A DNA stretch of 45,687 bases from Gammaproteobacteria bacterium (GTDB lineage: Bacteria > Pseudomonadota > Gammaproteobacteria > Steroidobacterales > XN24): NCBI GenBank assembly GCA_050122055.1, contig JASFJM010000001.1:1-45687 (forward strand). Direction: 5' to 3'. The notes under the pieces were generated by a model. It was not told the DNA's origin and searched no databases. It saw only the letters and a list, made by a program, of their open reading frames with translations. Of this stretch, positions 16,390 to 31,175 are shown piece after piece (the first letter of the stretch is position 1; the number at the start of each line of letters is the position of its first letter). A program made the position numbers and the translations under genes.

Positions 16390-18246
16390 ATGGACGTGAT
16401 CGGAGTCTTCAGATCGTCAGGATTGGCCGCCTTCCTGATGCTGCTGGCGGCCTGCGGCCGGGCGGATCCGCCGGTCGCCGAGCAGGCCTCCCCGGCGTCC
16501 GCCGTACCGGCCAACGATCTCGGTACGGCACCCGCCGACAGCGGCGATGCAGAGTCCCTGCATGCTCTGTTCGAGCAGTTCTTTGAAGACTATCTGAGCT
16601 TGAATCCCGTGTTCGCGACGGCGATCGGCGATCATCGCTATGACGATCGCATGGCCATCACTTTCGGCCCCGAGTACCGGGCCAGCCTCAAGAGCCAGGC
16701 CCAGCATTACCGGGATCTGGCGCTGGCCGTCGAGCCGGCCGGGCTCGATGCCCCCGACCGCCTGAGCCGGGAGCTGTTTATCCGGTTCCGGGAAACGACC
16801 CTGGAGAGCCTGCGTTATCCGGATTACCTGCTGCCCCTGGACCAGATGAATTCCTTTGCCAACGGATTCGCGGAGATGGGTTCGGGTCAGGGAATCCAGC
16901 CGTTCCGGAGCGCGCAGGACTACGACAATTTCCTGGCACGGATGGCGATCTTCAGCGAGCAGGTCGATGTCGCCATCGACAACCTGCGCGAGGGGGTGAT
17001 GCGCGGGGTGGTGCTGCCGCGGATCGCGGTGGAGCGGCTCATCCCGCAGCTCTCCTACCACGTGGTCGGGCGGGCTGAGGAGAGTGTGTTCTTCGGGCCC
17101 GTCGCATCGTTTCCGGATCCGCTTACGGACGCGGAACGGGAGCGTCTGGACGCGGCCTATCGCGACGCCATCATGGGGACCGTCGTGCCCGCCTATCGCC
17201 GGCTCCGCGATTACCTGGCCGATGAATACCTGTCCGAGGCCCGCACCACCATCGGCTATTCCGAGCTCCCAAACGGCGCAGCCTGGTATGACTTCCTGGT
17301 CCGCTATCACACCACCACGGACTTCAGTCCGGAGAAGATCCACGAACTCGGTCTCGCCGAGGTCGAGCGGATCCTGGGCGAGATGGATCAGGTGCGTCGC
17401 CAGGTCGGGTTTGACGGCGACCTCAACGCGTTCTTCGACTTCCTCGGTTCCGATCCACGTTTCTTCTGGACCGACGGCGAGGATGCCCTGCGCGACTACC
17501 GCAGCGTGGAGGCTGATGTGGACAGGGTGCTGCCCGAATACTTCTCGGTGTTCCCCGAGGCCGGGTTCGAGATCCGCCCGGTGGAGGCATTCCGGGCGGA
17601 GTCGGCGGCGAGTGCTTCCTATCAATCCCCGTCGGTGGACGGTACGCGACCCGGCGTGTTCTATCTCAACACCCACGATATCGCCCGCCTGCCGCGCTGG
17701 GGCATGGTCACCCTGTTCCTGCACGAAGCGTCGCCGGGTCACCATTTCCAGGGCACCCTGAACCAGGAGAACACACGCCTGCCGCGCTTCCGTCGCTTCG
17801 GTTGGGTCACCGCCTATACCGAGGGCTGGGCGATGTATGCCGAGGACCTGGGGGTCGAGATGCAGATGTTCACCGATCCCTACCAATATTTCGGCAAGCT
17901 CAATGACGAGATGCTCCGCGCCCTGCGGCTGGTCGTGGACACCGGCATCCACCGCATGGGCTGGACCCGGGAGCAGGCCATCCGGTATATGCTCGAAAAT
18001 TCGTCCATCCCGGAGCTCGAAGTGGTGCCGGAGGTGGAGCGATACATCGTCATCCCGGGTCAGGCGCTGGCCTACAAGATGGGGCAGCTGAGGCTGCGCG
18101 CCCTTCGAGCAGAGGCGGAAGCCGCGCTCGGCGAGGGATTCGACCTGCGCCGATGGCACGACATGGTGTTGCTGAGCGGCGAGGTGCCACTGGATCTGCT
18201 GAGCCGGGTCAGCGGGCAATGGGTGGCTGACCAGCTCCCCGATTGA
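16390..18246 (+). CDS. DUF885 family lipoprotein (metallopeptidase-like)
   Basis: ATG 16390 follows GGAGAG. The lipobox is in FLMLLAACG, and an HEXXH-like LHEASPGHHFQ motif is present. The first 413 codons of track ORF 15151..18246 are an alternative-frame shadow of the MATE gene. Confidence 0.88.
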   Translation: MDVIGVFRSSGLAAFLMLLAACGRADPPVAEQASPASAVPANDLGTAPADSGDAESLHALFEQFFEDYLSLNPVFATAIGDHRYDDRMAITFGPEYRASLKSQAQHYRDLALAVEPAGLDAPDRLSRELFIRFRETTLESLRYPDYLLPLDQMNSFANGFAEMGSGQGIQPFRSAQDYDNFLARMAIFSEQVDVAIDNLREGVMRGVVLPRIAVERLIPQLSYHVVGRAEESVFFGPVASFPDPLTDAERERLDAAYRDAIMGTVVPAYRRLRDYLADEYLSEARTTIGYSELPNGAAWYDFLVRYHTTTDFSPEKIHELGLAEVERILGEMDQVRRQVGFDGDLNAFFDFLGSDPRFFWTDGEDALRDYRSVEADVDRVLPEYFSVFPEAGFEIRPVEAFRAESAASASYQSPSVDGTRPGVFYLNTHDIARLPRWGMVTLFLHEASPGHHFQGTLNQENTRLPRFRRFGWVTAYTEGWAMYAEDLGVEMQMFTDPYQYFGKLNDEMLRALRLVVDTGIHRMGWTREQAIRYMLENSSIPELEVVPEVERYIVIPGQALAYKMGQLRLRALRAEAEAALGEGFDLRRWHDMVLLSGEVPLDLLSRVSGQWVADQLPD

Positions 18247-18252
18247 GCGGTT

Positions 18253-18870
18253 TCAGGCCTGGCCGAACCGCGGCGCATTGCCGGCCAGATAGGCGAGTTC
18301 CTCCCGCGTGCTCAGCCGGTTCAGGGTCCCATTGCGGTGCGGGAATCGTCCGAAACGGGCGACGATGTCCCGGTGCAGCTTGGCGTAGTCGAGGAATGAT
18401 CGAAACACCTCACGGCGCTCCAGCGAGACCTCGCTCAATAGTTGCTCGAACCGGGACACCGAACTCTCCTGGTCTTCCAGGAATTCGGAATGCTGTAGCG
18501 GCATATAGAAGAAACATCGCTCGATCGGTGACAGGGCCAGATCCATCTGCCGGCTCATGCCATCGCGCATGAGATACCGGGCACGGCCGTCCTTATCGAA
18601 AGCCCGCGGTGAACCCCGGAACAGATTCCGGGAGAATTGATCCAGCAGCAGGATAAGAGCCAGCCGCCCCGGTGGCGTCGATCCCATCTTGTCCAGCCGG
18701 CCTGCGATGGCGTCTTCGGTCACCTGCAGCCACTCGGCTTTCATCGCCGAATCCCGCGCTGCATCGGTGCCGAACCAGAAGCCCATCCGCCCACCGATGG
18801 CGGACGGGTCCGCGATCGCGCGGCCGAACCAGAAGTCCCTGATTTTCCTGGGTAGTGTCTCTTCGCTCAT
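18253..18870 (-). CDS. DUF924 family protein
   Basis: The start is MSEETLPRKIRDFWFG (ATG 18870). The conserved block reads LILLLDQFSRNLFRGSPRAF...FFYMPLQHSE...HRDIVARFGRFPHRN. Confidence 0.88.
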   Translation of the reverse strand: MSEETLPRKIRDFWFGRAIADPSAIGGRMGFWFGTDAARDSAMKAEWLQVTEDAIAGRLDKMGSTPPGRLALILLLDQFSRNLFRGSPRAFDKDGRARYLMRDGMSRQMDLALSPIERCFFYMPLQHSEFLEDQESSVSRFEQLLSEVSLERREVFRSFLDYAKLHRDIVARFGRFPHRNGTLNRLSTREELAYLAGNAPRFGQA

Positions 18871-18994
18871 GTCTCGATCATCCACTGATGGCGGGCACTC
18901 ACCCTTTGATCCGCCCGCTCGATCTGCGCGCCCCGGCGCGCCGCCGGGGCCCGCCAGGCCGACTATACTCCTGAGCATGCGGGCGTCACACACC

Positions 18995-19318
18995 ATGACG
19001 GAGCTGATTAACGAAACTCTCTTCCACGTCGGGCAGTTGGTGAGGCACCAGCGGCTGGGGTACCGTGGTGTGGTGGTGGACGTGGATCCGGTGTTTACCG
19101 AAACCGACGCTTGGCACGAGGAGATGGCAAGCTCGCCCACTCCGAAGGACCAGCCGTGGTACCGGGTGCTCCGTCACGGGTCCGCCCACGAGACCTACGT
19201 CGCCCAGCAGCACCTGCTGGCAGACAGTTCCGGCGACCGGATCCGACATCCGTTGCTCTGGCTTTACTTCGAGGACTTCAGAGACGGTGTCTATCTCACT
19301 CAACGCCGCGCCAATTAG
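18995..19318 (+). CDS. hspQ: heat-shock protein HspQ (hemimethylated-DNA-binding YccV domain)
   Basis: The sequence FHVGQLVRHQRLGYRGVVVDVDPVF...QPWYRVL...ETYVAQQHL fits the family. The start is ATG 18995 (an alternative in-frame ATG is at 18977). A TATACT -10-like hexamer lies at 18964-18969. Confidence 0.88.
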   Translation: MTELINETLFHVGQLVRHQRLGYRGVVVDVDPVFTETDAWHEEMASSPTPKDQPWYRVLRHGSAHETYVAQQHLLADSSGDRIRHPLLWLYFEDFRDGVYLTQRRAN

Positions 19319-19781
19319 GTTTGCTCCCACCCTCCTGTTCCTCCCGCTGCTGATCCTGTCCACGATGTCTCTGGCGTCCTGCAGCGGGCAGGCGCCGCCT
19401 CCCGAGCGCGCAATCGCCGCCCTGGTCGAACAGGCCCAGGACGCCGGTGAGGCCGGAGACGTCGACGGGCTGCTTGCCCTCTTGTCCAGCGAATATCACG
19501 ACATCGACGGGCGCGATCGCCGGGCCGTCGGATTCCTGCTGCGGATGCTGTTCGCCCGGTATCCGGACAGTGTCGTGCTGGTGCGGGATCTCGAGGTGGA
19601 GGTGATCTCCGAGGAACTGGCCAACGCCGGCATGCAGCTCTTTGTCGTCGCCCGGGATCAGGCCTCTGGCGCAGGGCTGGATATAGACGGTGAACGATTA
19701 TGGATGCGGCTGGCGCTGCGGTTGGAGAGCGGGGACTGGCGGGTCACCCGGGCCCAGTGGCGACGGCAACGGTGGAATTGA
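19287..19781 (+). CDS. lipoprotein (hypothetical)
   Basis: The GTG at 19287 gives a lipoprotein signal peptide, SISLNAAPIRFAPTLLFLPLLILSTMSLAS-C (lipobox LASC). The first ATG (19365) would leave no signal peptide. The gene overlaps the hspQ 3' end by 32 nt. Confidence 0.6.
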   Translation: MSISLNAAPIRFAPTLLFLPLLILSTMSLASCSGQAPPPERAIAALVEQAQDAGEAGDVDGLLALLSSEYHDIDGRDRRAVGFLLRMLFARYPDSVVLVRDLEVEVISEELANAGMQLFVVARDQASGAGLDIDGERLWMRLALRLESGDWRVTRAQWRRQRWN

Positions 19782-19957
19782 CCGCCGCGCCCTGATGTGA
19801 TTTATAGTCAGGGGGCGCGACGATCGCTTTCGACGCCGCGTCCGTCGTGCATACCTTAATAAAAACAGTGCCTTGGCGGAGCACCGGGCGCACTAGCCAA
19901 CCCTGTGGAGGATCTGGGAGCAGAGTCGGTTCCGTTGGGAACCGGTCCGGGGGAGTC

Positions 19958-25841
<5,884 letters not shown>

Positions 25842-25923
25842 GGACGGGACAGTCCCGGGCCCTGACGCCTGGTCGTCCGGGCCCTCTGGCGGCGCGCCCT
25901 GGACGGCATCGACCGGGACAGGC

Positions 25924-26526
25924 TCAGGCCGCATCCTGCCGATTATCCCTGCGGTCTCCTGAACCCATGGACCAGTCGCCGTCCGCGGGTGGCGCCGTAA
26001 AGCGAAAACCCTCCACGAAAGCGTCGCCCTCCGCGATCAGATCGCCGGCCAGGGTCACGCCCATCGGATAGCGCGCCGAGTACTGGACGTCGAAGTAGCG
26101 CTGGGCGTCATCCGGATGCAGACAGGCAAGGCCGGCCACCTGGAGCAGGGTGCCGAGGGTCCGGTCCTCGATCACCGTACGGTAGCGAACGCAGCGAGCC
26201 GCGTTCTCTGCATCGGCCGCATAGCTCGACTCGATGATCTCGAAACGGCGTGGATCCGGATTGGCACTCTTGCTGCGTTTGACCCAGTCGAGGAAGCCGT
26301 CGTCGTCGAAACGCGTGCTGAGCCGGGAGCTGAGCACGGCGACGCCAAAGCTCGTGTCGCGGTCCGCAGTCCGTCGCATCCATACCAGCGACGTGGCGTT
26401 GCGCTGGACCTCACGCCAGTGACCGCCGGCCGGCGGCGATATCGTGAATCCCGGCAGTTCTTCCGCGCCGAGCGGCGCCGCCGACAACAGCAAGACCAGC
26501 ATTGTCGCCCGGATCATCCTCGCCAT
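25924..26526 (-). CDS. secreted hypothetical protein
   Basis: The signal peptide reads MARMIRATMLVLLLSAAPLGAEE. I recognise no family motif. Confidence 0.55.
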   Translation of the reverse strand: MARMIRATMLVLLLSAAPLGAEELPGFTISPPAGGHWREVQRNATSLVWMRRTADRDTSFGVAVLSSRLSTRFDDDGFLDWVKRSKSANPDPRRFEIIESSYAADAENAARCVRYRTVIEDRTLGTLLQVAGLACLHPDDAQRYFDVQYSARYPMGVTLAGDLIAEGDAFVEGFRFTAPPADGDWSMGSGDRRDNRQDAA

Positions 26527-26535
26527 GGCCGTGTC

Positions 26536-26952
26536 CTAACCGCTCCGCGTGCGGGGGAAACCCGGCAAGCGCTCCAGGTCCCGCATCCAGTCGAGTCGAT
26601 GTTCGAGCCAGATGTGATCGGTTGGCGGAAAGGATGCCGCCAGATCGAAGCTACATACGGTCAGGTCGATCCAGCCCGCGTGATCCCCATGCCGGTAGCT
26701 CAGCGGCGTGCCGCATTGCCCGCAGAACTCGCGAGTGACACCGGCTGATGAATGCCAGCGTGCCGGCGTCCCCTGTATCAGACTGACCGCGTCCTCGGGG
26801 AACGTGACCCAGGCCACCATGGGCGAGCCGGCGGCTCGCTGGCAGCTGCGACAGTGGCAGAGGGCCGGCGCGGAACCCGGGCCGCTGGCGCGGAAGCGGA
26901 TAGCGCCGCACAGACAACCCCCGTCATGGTGGACCGGGGCCTCATCTACCAT
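26536..26952 (-). CDS. GFA family (glutathione-dependent formaldehyde-activating / CENP-V-like) zinc protein
   Basis: The Cys pattern is GGCLCGAIRF...CHCRSCQRAAG...FCGQCGTPL. Confidence 0.88.
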   Translation of the reverse strand: MVDEAPVHHDGGCLCGAIRFRASGPGSAPALCHCRSCQRAAGSPMVAWVTFPEDAVSLIQGTPARWHSSAGVTREFCGQCGTPLSYRHGDHAGWIDLTVCSFDLAASFPPTDHIWLEHRLDWMRDLERLPGFPRTRSG

Positions 26953-27598
26953 TTGCGGCCTCTCCCGGCTCCCGTTTCAGCAGCCTGAATGCGTAGTCGC
27001 CGCTCTGCCGCCGGATCCGGAATTCCAGGATCCAGATCATCGCCAGCGGTTCGAGATACCTGCACATCTCCAGACCGCCCACGTGACACGGTTCCATGCC
27101 CATATCCCGGATAAGCTGGCCCACGACCTCCGCTGCGGCGCTGTCGCCTCCGCAGAAGAACATGGTGGCGGGCTCGCCGCCGAAGTCCGGATCGGCCATC
27201 ACCTCCCAGGTCACGGTGTTGAAGGCTTTCACCACCCGCGCCCCTTCGGCCAGGTCCGCGATCATCTCGCCGCCGGACGAATGATGGCCGTGGATGAGCT
27301 GCAGGTTTTCATCGAGCGGATTGGTGCAGTCGATGATGATCTTGCCGGCCAGATCGCCCATGGAATCCACCACCGCCTGCACCACCGGCCACCACACCGC
27401 CAGGACCACCACCTCTGCGCCGGCGGCGGCTTCCGCCGGGCTCATGGCCCGGGCGTGGCCGCTACAGGCAGCGACGACCTCCAGGGTCTTGGCGCTGGCC
27501 GGATCCCGCGCGCCGAAGAGGATTTCGTGCCCGGCCCCGGCCCATCTCCGTCCCAGTGCTCCGCCCACGTTGCCGGCGCCGATGATCGCGATCTTCAT
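26942..27598 (-). CDS. NADP oxidoreductase, F420-dependent/ProC-like family
   Basis: The Rossmann N-terminus reads MKIAIIGAGNVGGALGRRWAGAGHEILFGARD. The gene overlaps the GFA gene start by 11 nt. Confidence 0.85.
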   Translation of the reverse strand: MKIAIIGAGNVGGALGRRWAGAGHEILFGARDPASAKTLEVVAACSGHARAMSPAEAAAGAEVVVLAVWWPVVQAVVDSMGDLAGKIIIDCTNPLDENLQLIHGHHSSGGEMIADLAEGARVVKAFNTVTWEVMADPDFGGEPATMFFCGGDSAAAEVVGQLIRDMGMEPCHVGGLEMCRYLEPLAMIWILEFRIRRQSGDYAFRLLKREPGEAANGR

Positions 27599-27631
27599 CG
27601 TTTCAATTCCCCCTGATGATGCCGGTCCGGG

Positions 27632-28012
27632 TCAGGCGGTCCCGGGCGTCTTCCGCACCAGGACCATGGCCGTCGTGAGCAGGAAGACCTCGAGCACCAT
27701 GACCGCGATCACGGTGGCCGAAGGCAGGCCTTCCGCGCCCAGGGCGATCAGCCGGCCCGAAAAATAGCCGATATTGAGCAAGGCCACTGCCAGCAGACCC
27801 GTGCGGTGCCACTGGCTGGAGCCGGCGGCATAGAGGAAGAACAGACCGACGGCGATATTCAGCCCGCCGTGGCTGCCTCGCAGGTCGCTGAGGGCATTGG
27901 TGCTGTAGGGAGAGATCTCCATATAGGCCAGGCTCGTCTCTGGAGACAGCACCACCCAGAGTCCGAAACCGAGATAGAGGACACCGCAGGCGAGAAGGAA
28001 AATACGACTCAT
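27632..28012 (-). CDS. small 4-TM membrane protein (DUF4345-like)
   Basis: Four hydrophobic helices are present, beginning MSRIFLLACGVLYLGFGLWVVLSPE. Confidence 0.65.
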   Translation of the reverse strand: MSRIFLLACGVLYLGFGLWVVLSPETSLAYMEISPYSTNALSDLRGSHGGLNIAVGLFFLYAAGSSQWHRTGLLAVALLNIGYFSGRLIALGAEGLPSATVIAVMVLEVFLLTTAMVLVRKTPGTA

Positions 28013-28096
28013 TCGAGGCTCTCCTTTTTGACGACGCGCGGCCTGACCCGTGTCTCGGATCGGCGTCTACCTCAACCATAGCAACTGTTAAGAGTC

Positions 28097-30109
28097 TCAG
28101 TCAGCGGAGCCGGGCCGCGCCGCCGGCAGGCGCACGACAAAACGGACGCCGTCGCCCTCCTCGAGGTTCTCCCCATGGACGCTCCCCTGGTGGTGGCGGG
28201 CGACCAGCCGCACGATATACAGGCCCAGCCCCAGATGCGGCCGCCCCGGGTCGTCGTCGCGCACCGACGTCATGGAATCGAACAGACGCCCGGCTGCGCC
28301 CGGCGGAAGCCGGCTGCCGGTGTTGCCGACCTCCAGCAGCCAGTCGTCGCCGTCCGCGGCGAGACCGACCCAGATACGGCCATCCGGCGGACAGAAATCC
28401 AGCGCATTTTCGACCAGTTTGTCGACCATCTGGGCCACAAGATCCGGGGCGCCCGTCATCCGGCAGGGGCCCGCCATCAGCCGGAGCTGAAGATCCCGGT
28501 CGGGATGGGCCGTCTGCAGGGCGGCTCCGAGCTCCCTTAACAGCCCTGCCAGATCGAACCGTTCGGTCTCGGCCGACGCCATGATCTGCTCCATGCGGGT
28601 GGCGGCACCCAGGGCGACGACCATGGCCTGAAGTCGATCCATCCCCTGGCGGGCGCGCCGCAGATAGCGTGGGTCTCCCGGTTCGGCCTGGAGATTTTCG
28701 AGCGAGGTGCGGACCACGGTCATCGGCGTGCGCAGCTCGTGGGTCAGGCGGCTGCCCAGATTCTGCAGATAGTCGTTGTACTCTCCGATCTGTCCGAGCA
28801 AGCGAGAAAAATTCCGTGACAATTCGCCCAGCTCGTCGCGGGACCGGTCCTCAGGCAGCCCCTGCAGCCGCGGGTTTTCGGTCGCAAGAGCCTCCCGCGC
28901 CGCCCGGCTGAGGCGTCGGATACGCCAGGAGAGCCAGGCCGCGAATCCGAGCAGCAGGGCGGCGGCCGAGAGACTGATGGCGAAGCTGGAGACGAACAGC
29001 TTCGAGGCCGCGCGATCGGTCAGACTCAGGATCCGTTCGGAATCCTCCTCCGCGATCAGCACCAGGTCCGGCGCCATGGGCAGGATGACCGGCCTGATCG
29101 CCTCGAAGACCATCCGGTTGCCGCGGATGTCCCCGATCCGCGTGTCAGATGGCGCCCCGTCCACGGCGGCCGCGATGCGGCGCGAATCCACGCGACCCGG
29201 CATCACGTCCGGCGGCGCGGGGCTGGCGGGCGCGTCGCGGATGATCCATCGGAACAGACGCCGGGCCGGCGGCGGGAGCCGCTGGCCGGATGGCGCGGCG
29301 CCGCCATCAGCTTCGGCCAGCACATAGCCGTCACGATCTACCAGCCTGAGCCGCTGGCCGGGACGGACTGAACCCTCCAGGATCGAGTCCGCCGACCGCA
29401 GCGGCGTGATCAGCCGGCCGGGCTCGTGAGCGAGGTTTTCCATGGTACCGGTCCGCTGGATTGGGCCGCGGCCGTCGGCATCACTGACCAGGAGGCCGAG
29501 CCGCTGCCCGGCCAGCTGGAGCGGGATCTGTGCTTCCAGATTGTAGCCCCCGGACGTGGCCTGCCAGTTGCCGCGCACCCGGCGCCCGATGCCGTCGCGG
29601 CTGGTGCGAGGCCGGATCGGCCCCGGCGCCTCCGGCACGAATTCCAGCTCGGTGAAGCCGTCGACAGGCGATCCCATCCGCAGGCGCACCTGGTCACCGC
29701 TGTCCCCGGTGATCACCTGATCGTCATCCACCTGCAGAAACAGGAACAGGCTGATGCCGTCCGTCGCCAGCTGATAGCGGGCGGTGAATTCGGGCCCGGC
29801 CGGGCCAGGCAGCGTGCGCAGGGCGGCGGACGGCAGGCCCCAGTCGTCCGCGTAACCGTCCAGACGAGGGGCGCGTTCGAGCGGATGGGCGTAAGTATCG
29901 GCCGCGACGCCGGGTCTTCCGCCGGGACCGGGGAGGCCGGCATCGAGACGCGAGCCCAGGACGGCGGCCAGCATATCCGCGCTCGCTCCGAGTGTCTCGG
30001 CCTGTCTGTCCCGCATCGCGGACTCCACCTCCCGGATGTATTCACAACCGGCCCAGGGCAGCAGCAGGGTGACAGAGGCGACCAGCAGCAATCGCGGAGC
30101 CAGCTTCAT
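28097..30109 (-). CDS. sensor histidine kinase with a periplasmic sensor domain of about 400 aa
   Basis: The start is at MKLAPRLLLVASVTLLLPWAG (ATG 30109). A second TM helix reads LFVSSFAISLSAAALLLGFAAWLSW. The H-box is LTHELRTPM, with N and G boxes (VENALDF, GLGLYIV). The track start at 30298 overlaps the upstream regulator gene. Confidence 0.9.
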   Translation of the reverse strand: MKLAPRLLLVASVTLLLPWAGCEYIREVESAMRDRQAETLGASADMLAAVLGSRLDAGLPGPGGRPGVAADTYAHPLERAPRLDGYADDWGLPSAALRTLPGPAGPEFTARYQLATDGISLFLFLQVDDDQVITGDSGDQVRLRMGSPVDGFTELEFVPEAPGPIRPRTSRDGIGRRVRGNWQATSGGYNLEAQIPLQLAGQRLGLLVSDADGRGPIQRTGTMENLAHEPGRLITPLRSADSILEGSVRPGQRLRLVDRDGYVLAEADGGAAPSGQRLPPPARRLFRWIIRDAPASPAPPDVMPGRVDSRRIAAAVDGAPSDTRIGDIRGNRMVFEAIRPVILPMAPDLVLIAEEDSERILSLTDRAASKLFVSSFAISLSAAALLLGFAAWLSWRIRRLSRAAREALATENPRLQGLPEDRSRDELGELSRNFSRLLGQIGEYNDYLQNLGSRLTHELRTPMTVVRTSLENLQAEPGDPRYLRRARQGMDRLQAMVVALGAATRMEQIMASAETERFDLAGLLRELGAALQTAHPDRDLQLRLMAGPCRMTGAPDLVAQMVDKLVENALDFCPPDGRIWVGLAADGDDWLLEVGNTGSRLPPGAAGRLFDSMTSVRDDDPGRPHLGLGLYIVRLVARHHQGSVHGENLEEGDGVRFVVRLPAARPGSAD

Positions 30110-30152
30110 CGGGCGTCGCCATCCTGCCGCCGGTGCGCTATCGGCCCCGACC

Positions 30153-30851
30153 TCATCCGGGCCCGGGTTGCCAGCGGTAGCCGATGCCGTAGACGGTCTT
30201 GATGGCGTCGAAGTCCGCGTCCAGCAAGTGGAACTTCCTCCGGATGCGCTTGATGTGGGAGGTGATGGTGGCGTCGTCGAGGACCACGTTGGCGGCATCC
30301 ATCAGCTGCTGACGGGTCTTGACGTGGCCGGGATGACGGGCGAGGGCATGGACGATCCAGAACTCGGTCAGGGACAGCCCCGGATCCCGGTCCGCCCATG
30401 ATGCGACCAGCCGGTCGCTGTCCAGACGCAGGGCTCCCCGCTCGATGATCTCGGTCTTGCCGGCTGGTTCCCGCAGCGCCTCGAGACGCCGGAACAGCGC
30501 CGCGACCCGTGCCAGCAGGTGGGCCAGACTGATGTCCTTGGTCAGATAATCGTCTGCCCCCAGCCGCAGACCCGACACCGCATCCAGGTCGCTGTCCCTC
30601 GCGGTGAGGAAAATGATCGGCACGGTGGCGGAGCGCTCCCGCAGCGCGCGGCAGAGGTCGAAGCCGCCCTCCGGCTCATGACCCAGGGAAACGTCGATGA
30701 GTACCAGGTCCGGCAGGCGTTGTTCGAATACGGCCATCGCCCGGGCCCGGTCCTCATAGGCCGACACCCGGTATCCCTGACGCCTGAAGGCATCAGCGTA
30801 GTTCTGACGGATAGCGGCTTCGTCTTCGACGATGGCGATATGGCGGGTCAT
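30153..30851 (-). CDS. OmpR-family response regulator
   Basis: The receiver reads MTRHIAIVEDE...LVLIDVSLG...IIFLTARDSDLDAVSGLRLGADDYLTKD. The winged-helix output reads LTEFWIVHALARHPGHVKTRQQLM...HIKRIRRKF...IKTVYGIGYRW. Confidence 0.93.
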   Translation of the reverse strand: MTRHIAIVEDEAAIRQNYADAFRRQGYRVSAYEDRARAMAVFEQRLPDLVLIDVSLGHEPEGGFDLCRALRERSATVPIIFLTARDSDLDAVSGLRLGADDYLTKDISLAHLLARVAALFRRLEALREPAGKTEIIERGALRLDSDRLVASWADRDPGLSLTEFWIVHALARHPGHVKTRQQLMDAANVVLDDATITSHIKRIRRKFHLLDADFDAIKTVYGIGYRWQPGPG

Positions 30852-30948
30852 CTGGCGGTATCCCGGGCGGGCCTCCAATCTGCCACACTACAGGGCGGAA
30901 GGGCCAGCAGGGGAGTTGGCCCGGGGTGACCCGGACATCCCGACCTGA

Positions 30949-31170
30949 AACGGCCTGCTGCTGCGGGGCGCCAGCGCGATCATCGGTCCGGACGGCGCCT
31001 GTGTGACCGAGCCCGTCTACGACCAGCCCGACATGGTGGTGGCGGATCTGGACGCGGCGGCCATGGAGGCGGCGCGTCTCACCCGGGACGTGGACGGACA
31101 TTACTCGCGTCCCGCCGTGTTCACCCTGACGGTCAATCGGCAGTCACAGCGCAACGTCGAATCTGAATGA
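30949..31170 (+). pseudogene. nitrilase / carbon-nitrogen hydrolase C-terminal remnant
   Basis: A 73-codon open frame with no start reads ...RGASAIIGPDGACVTEPVYDQPDMVVADLDAAAMEAARLTRDVDGHYSRPAVFTLTVNRQSQ*. This matches the conserved C-terminal block of nitrilases (aIIgPdG...adlD...D..GHYsRPdvf.l.vn). The roughly 250 N-terminal codons, including the catalytic Glu-Lys-Cys triad, are absent; the response-regulator gene occupies that side. Confidence 0.6.
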
Positions 31171-31175
31171 CCGAT

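Noticed and set aside
16417-18219. 600-aa minus-strand ORF. The same pattern applies to 10600..11907 +, 38673..39968 +, 42987..44243 -, 24564..25934 -, 5457..6332 + and 4043..4768 +.
   Set aside because: All are antisense to genes with strong family motifs (DUF885, hemH, E1, porin, gltD, pntA, pntB). All have the Arg/Gly/Pro/Ala-rich composition of GC-rich antisense frames.
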